Assembly: GCA_052327205.1 (NCBI GenBank)
Contig: CM126215.1
Location: 54,746,001-54,810,000, forward strand
Length of the DNA: 64,000 nucleotides
Source of the DNA: Somniosus microcephalus
Taxonomy: Eukaryota
Direction of reading: 5' to 3'
The position numbers were made by a program, and so were the translations under genes. The first letter of the stretch is position 1. Each line of letters begins with the position of its first letter. The notes beneath the pieces are model-generated. The model had not been told where the DNA came from, made no database searches, and was given only the letters and a program-made list of their open reading frames with translations. Below are positions 63,879 to 64,000 of this stretch, one piece after another.

Positions 63879-64000
63879 TATTATGTATTCTTGTTTATGT
63901 GTGTGGAATTTTTAATATGATTATGTTGCTTTATATTGTCTTTAATAGAGACTATAACAAGCACTAAAGACATTTTAACAATTCCCATTAAATCATGAGC

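Noticed and set aside
61362-64000. Preceding short POLA1 exon (IL.HTK..VQK) and the POLA1-hosted scaRNA
   Set aside because: No matching sequence with splice sites was recognised. Both are expected further upstream, outside the window.

Overview
Vertebrate genomic DNA, most likely a cartilaginous fish (inferred from SacSINE1/HE1-like SINEs and shark-type CR1, L2 and Penelope elements). The whole window lies inside the 3' half of POLA1 (DNA polymerase alpha catalytic subunit) on the minus strand. Seven consecutive coding exons (61361 to 23948) have GT-AG boundaries and consistent phases, running from the YGDTD catalytic motif to the first C-terminal zinc-binding module. The introns are filled with transposons, including two multi-layer nests (MITE in Gypsy in CR1; CR1 in Penelope in CR1). 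The most unusual object is a 1.59-kb TG...CA solo LTR (39782-41371, 4-bp TSD). It carries SINE and LINE tails inside a candidate intron, an intact minimal hammerhead ribozyme core, and a duplicated LTR end with a relic PBS. Other leads are a structured RNA domain in an extended CR1 3' UTR, LF-SINE-like relics, and repeat-free blocks in the intron orthologous to the human one holding ARX-associated ultraconserved elements. There are two assembly gaps. Family names come from recalled motifs, not database searches, and repeat boundaries are approximate unless a TSD is given.
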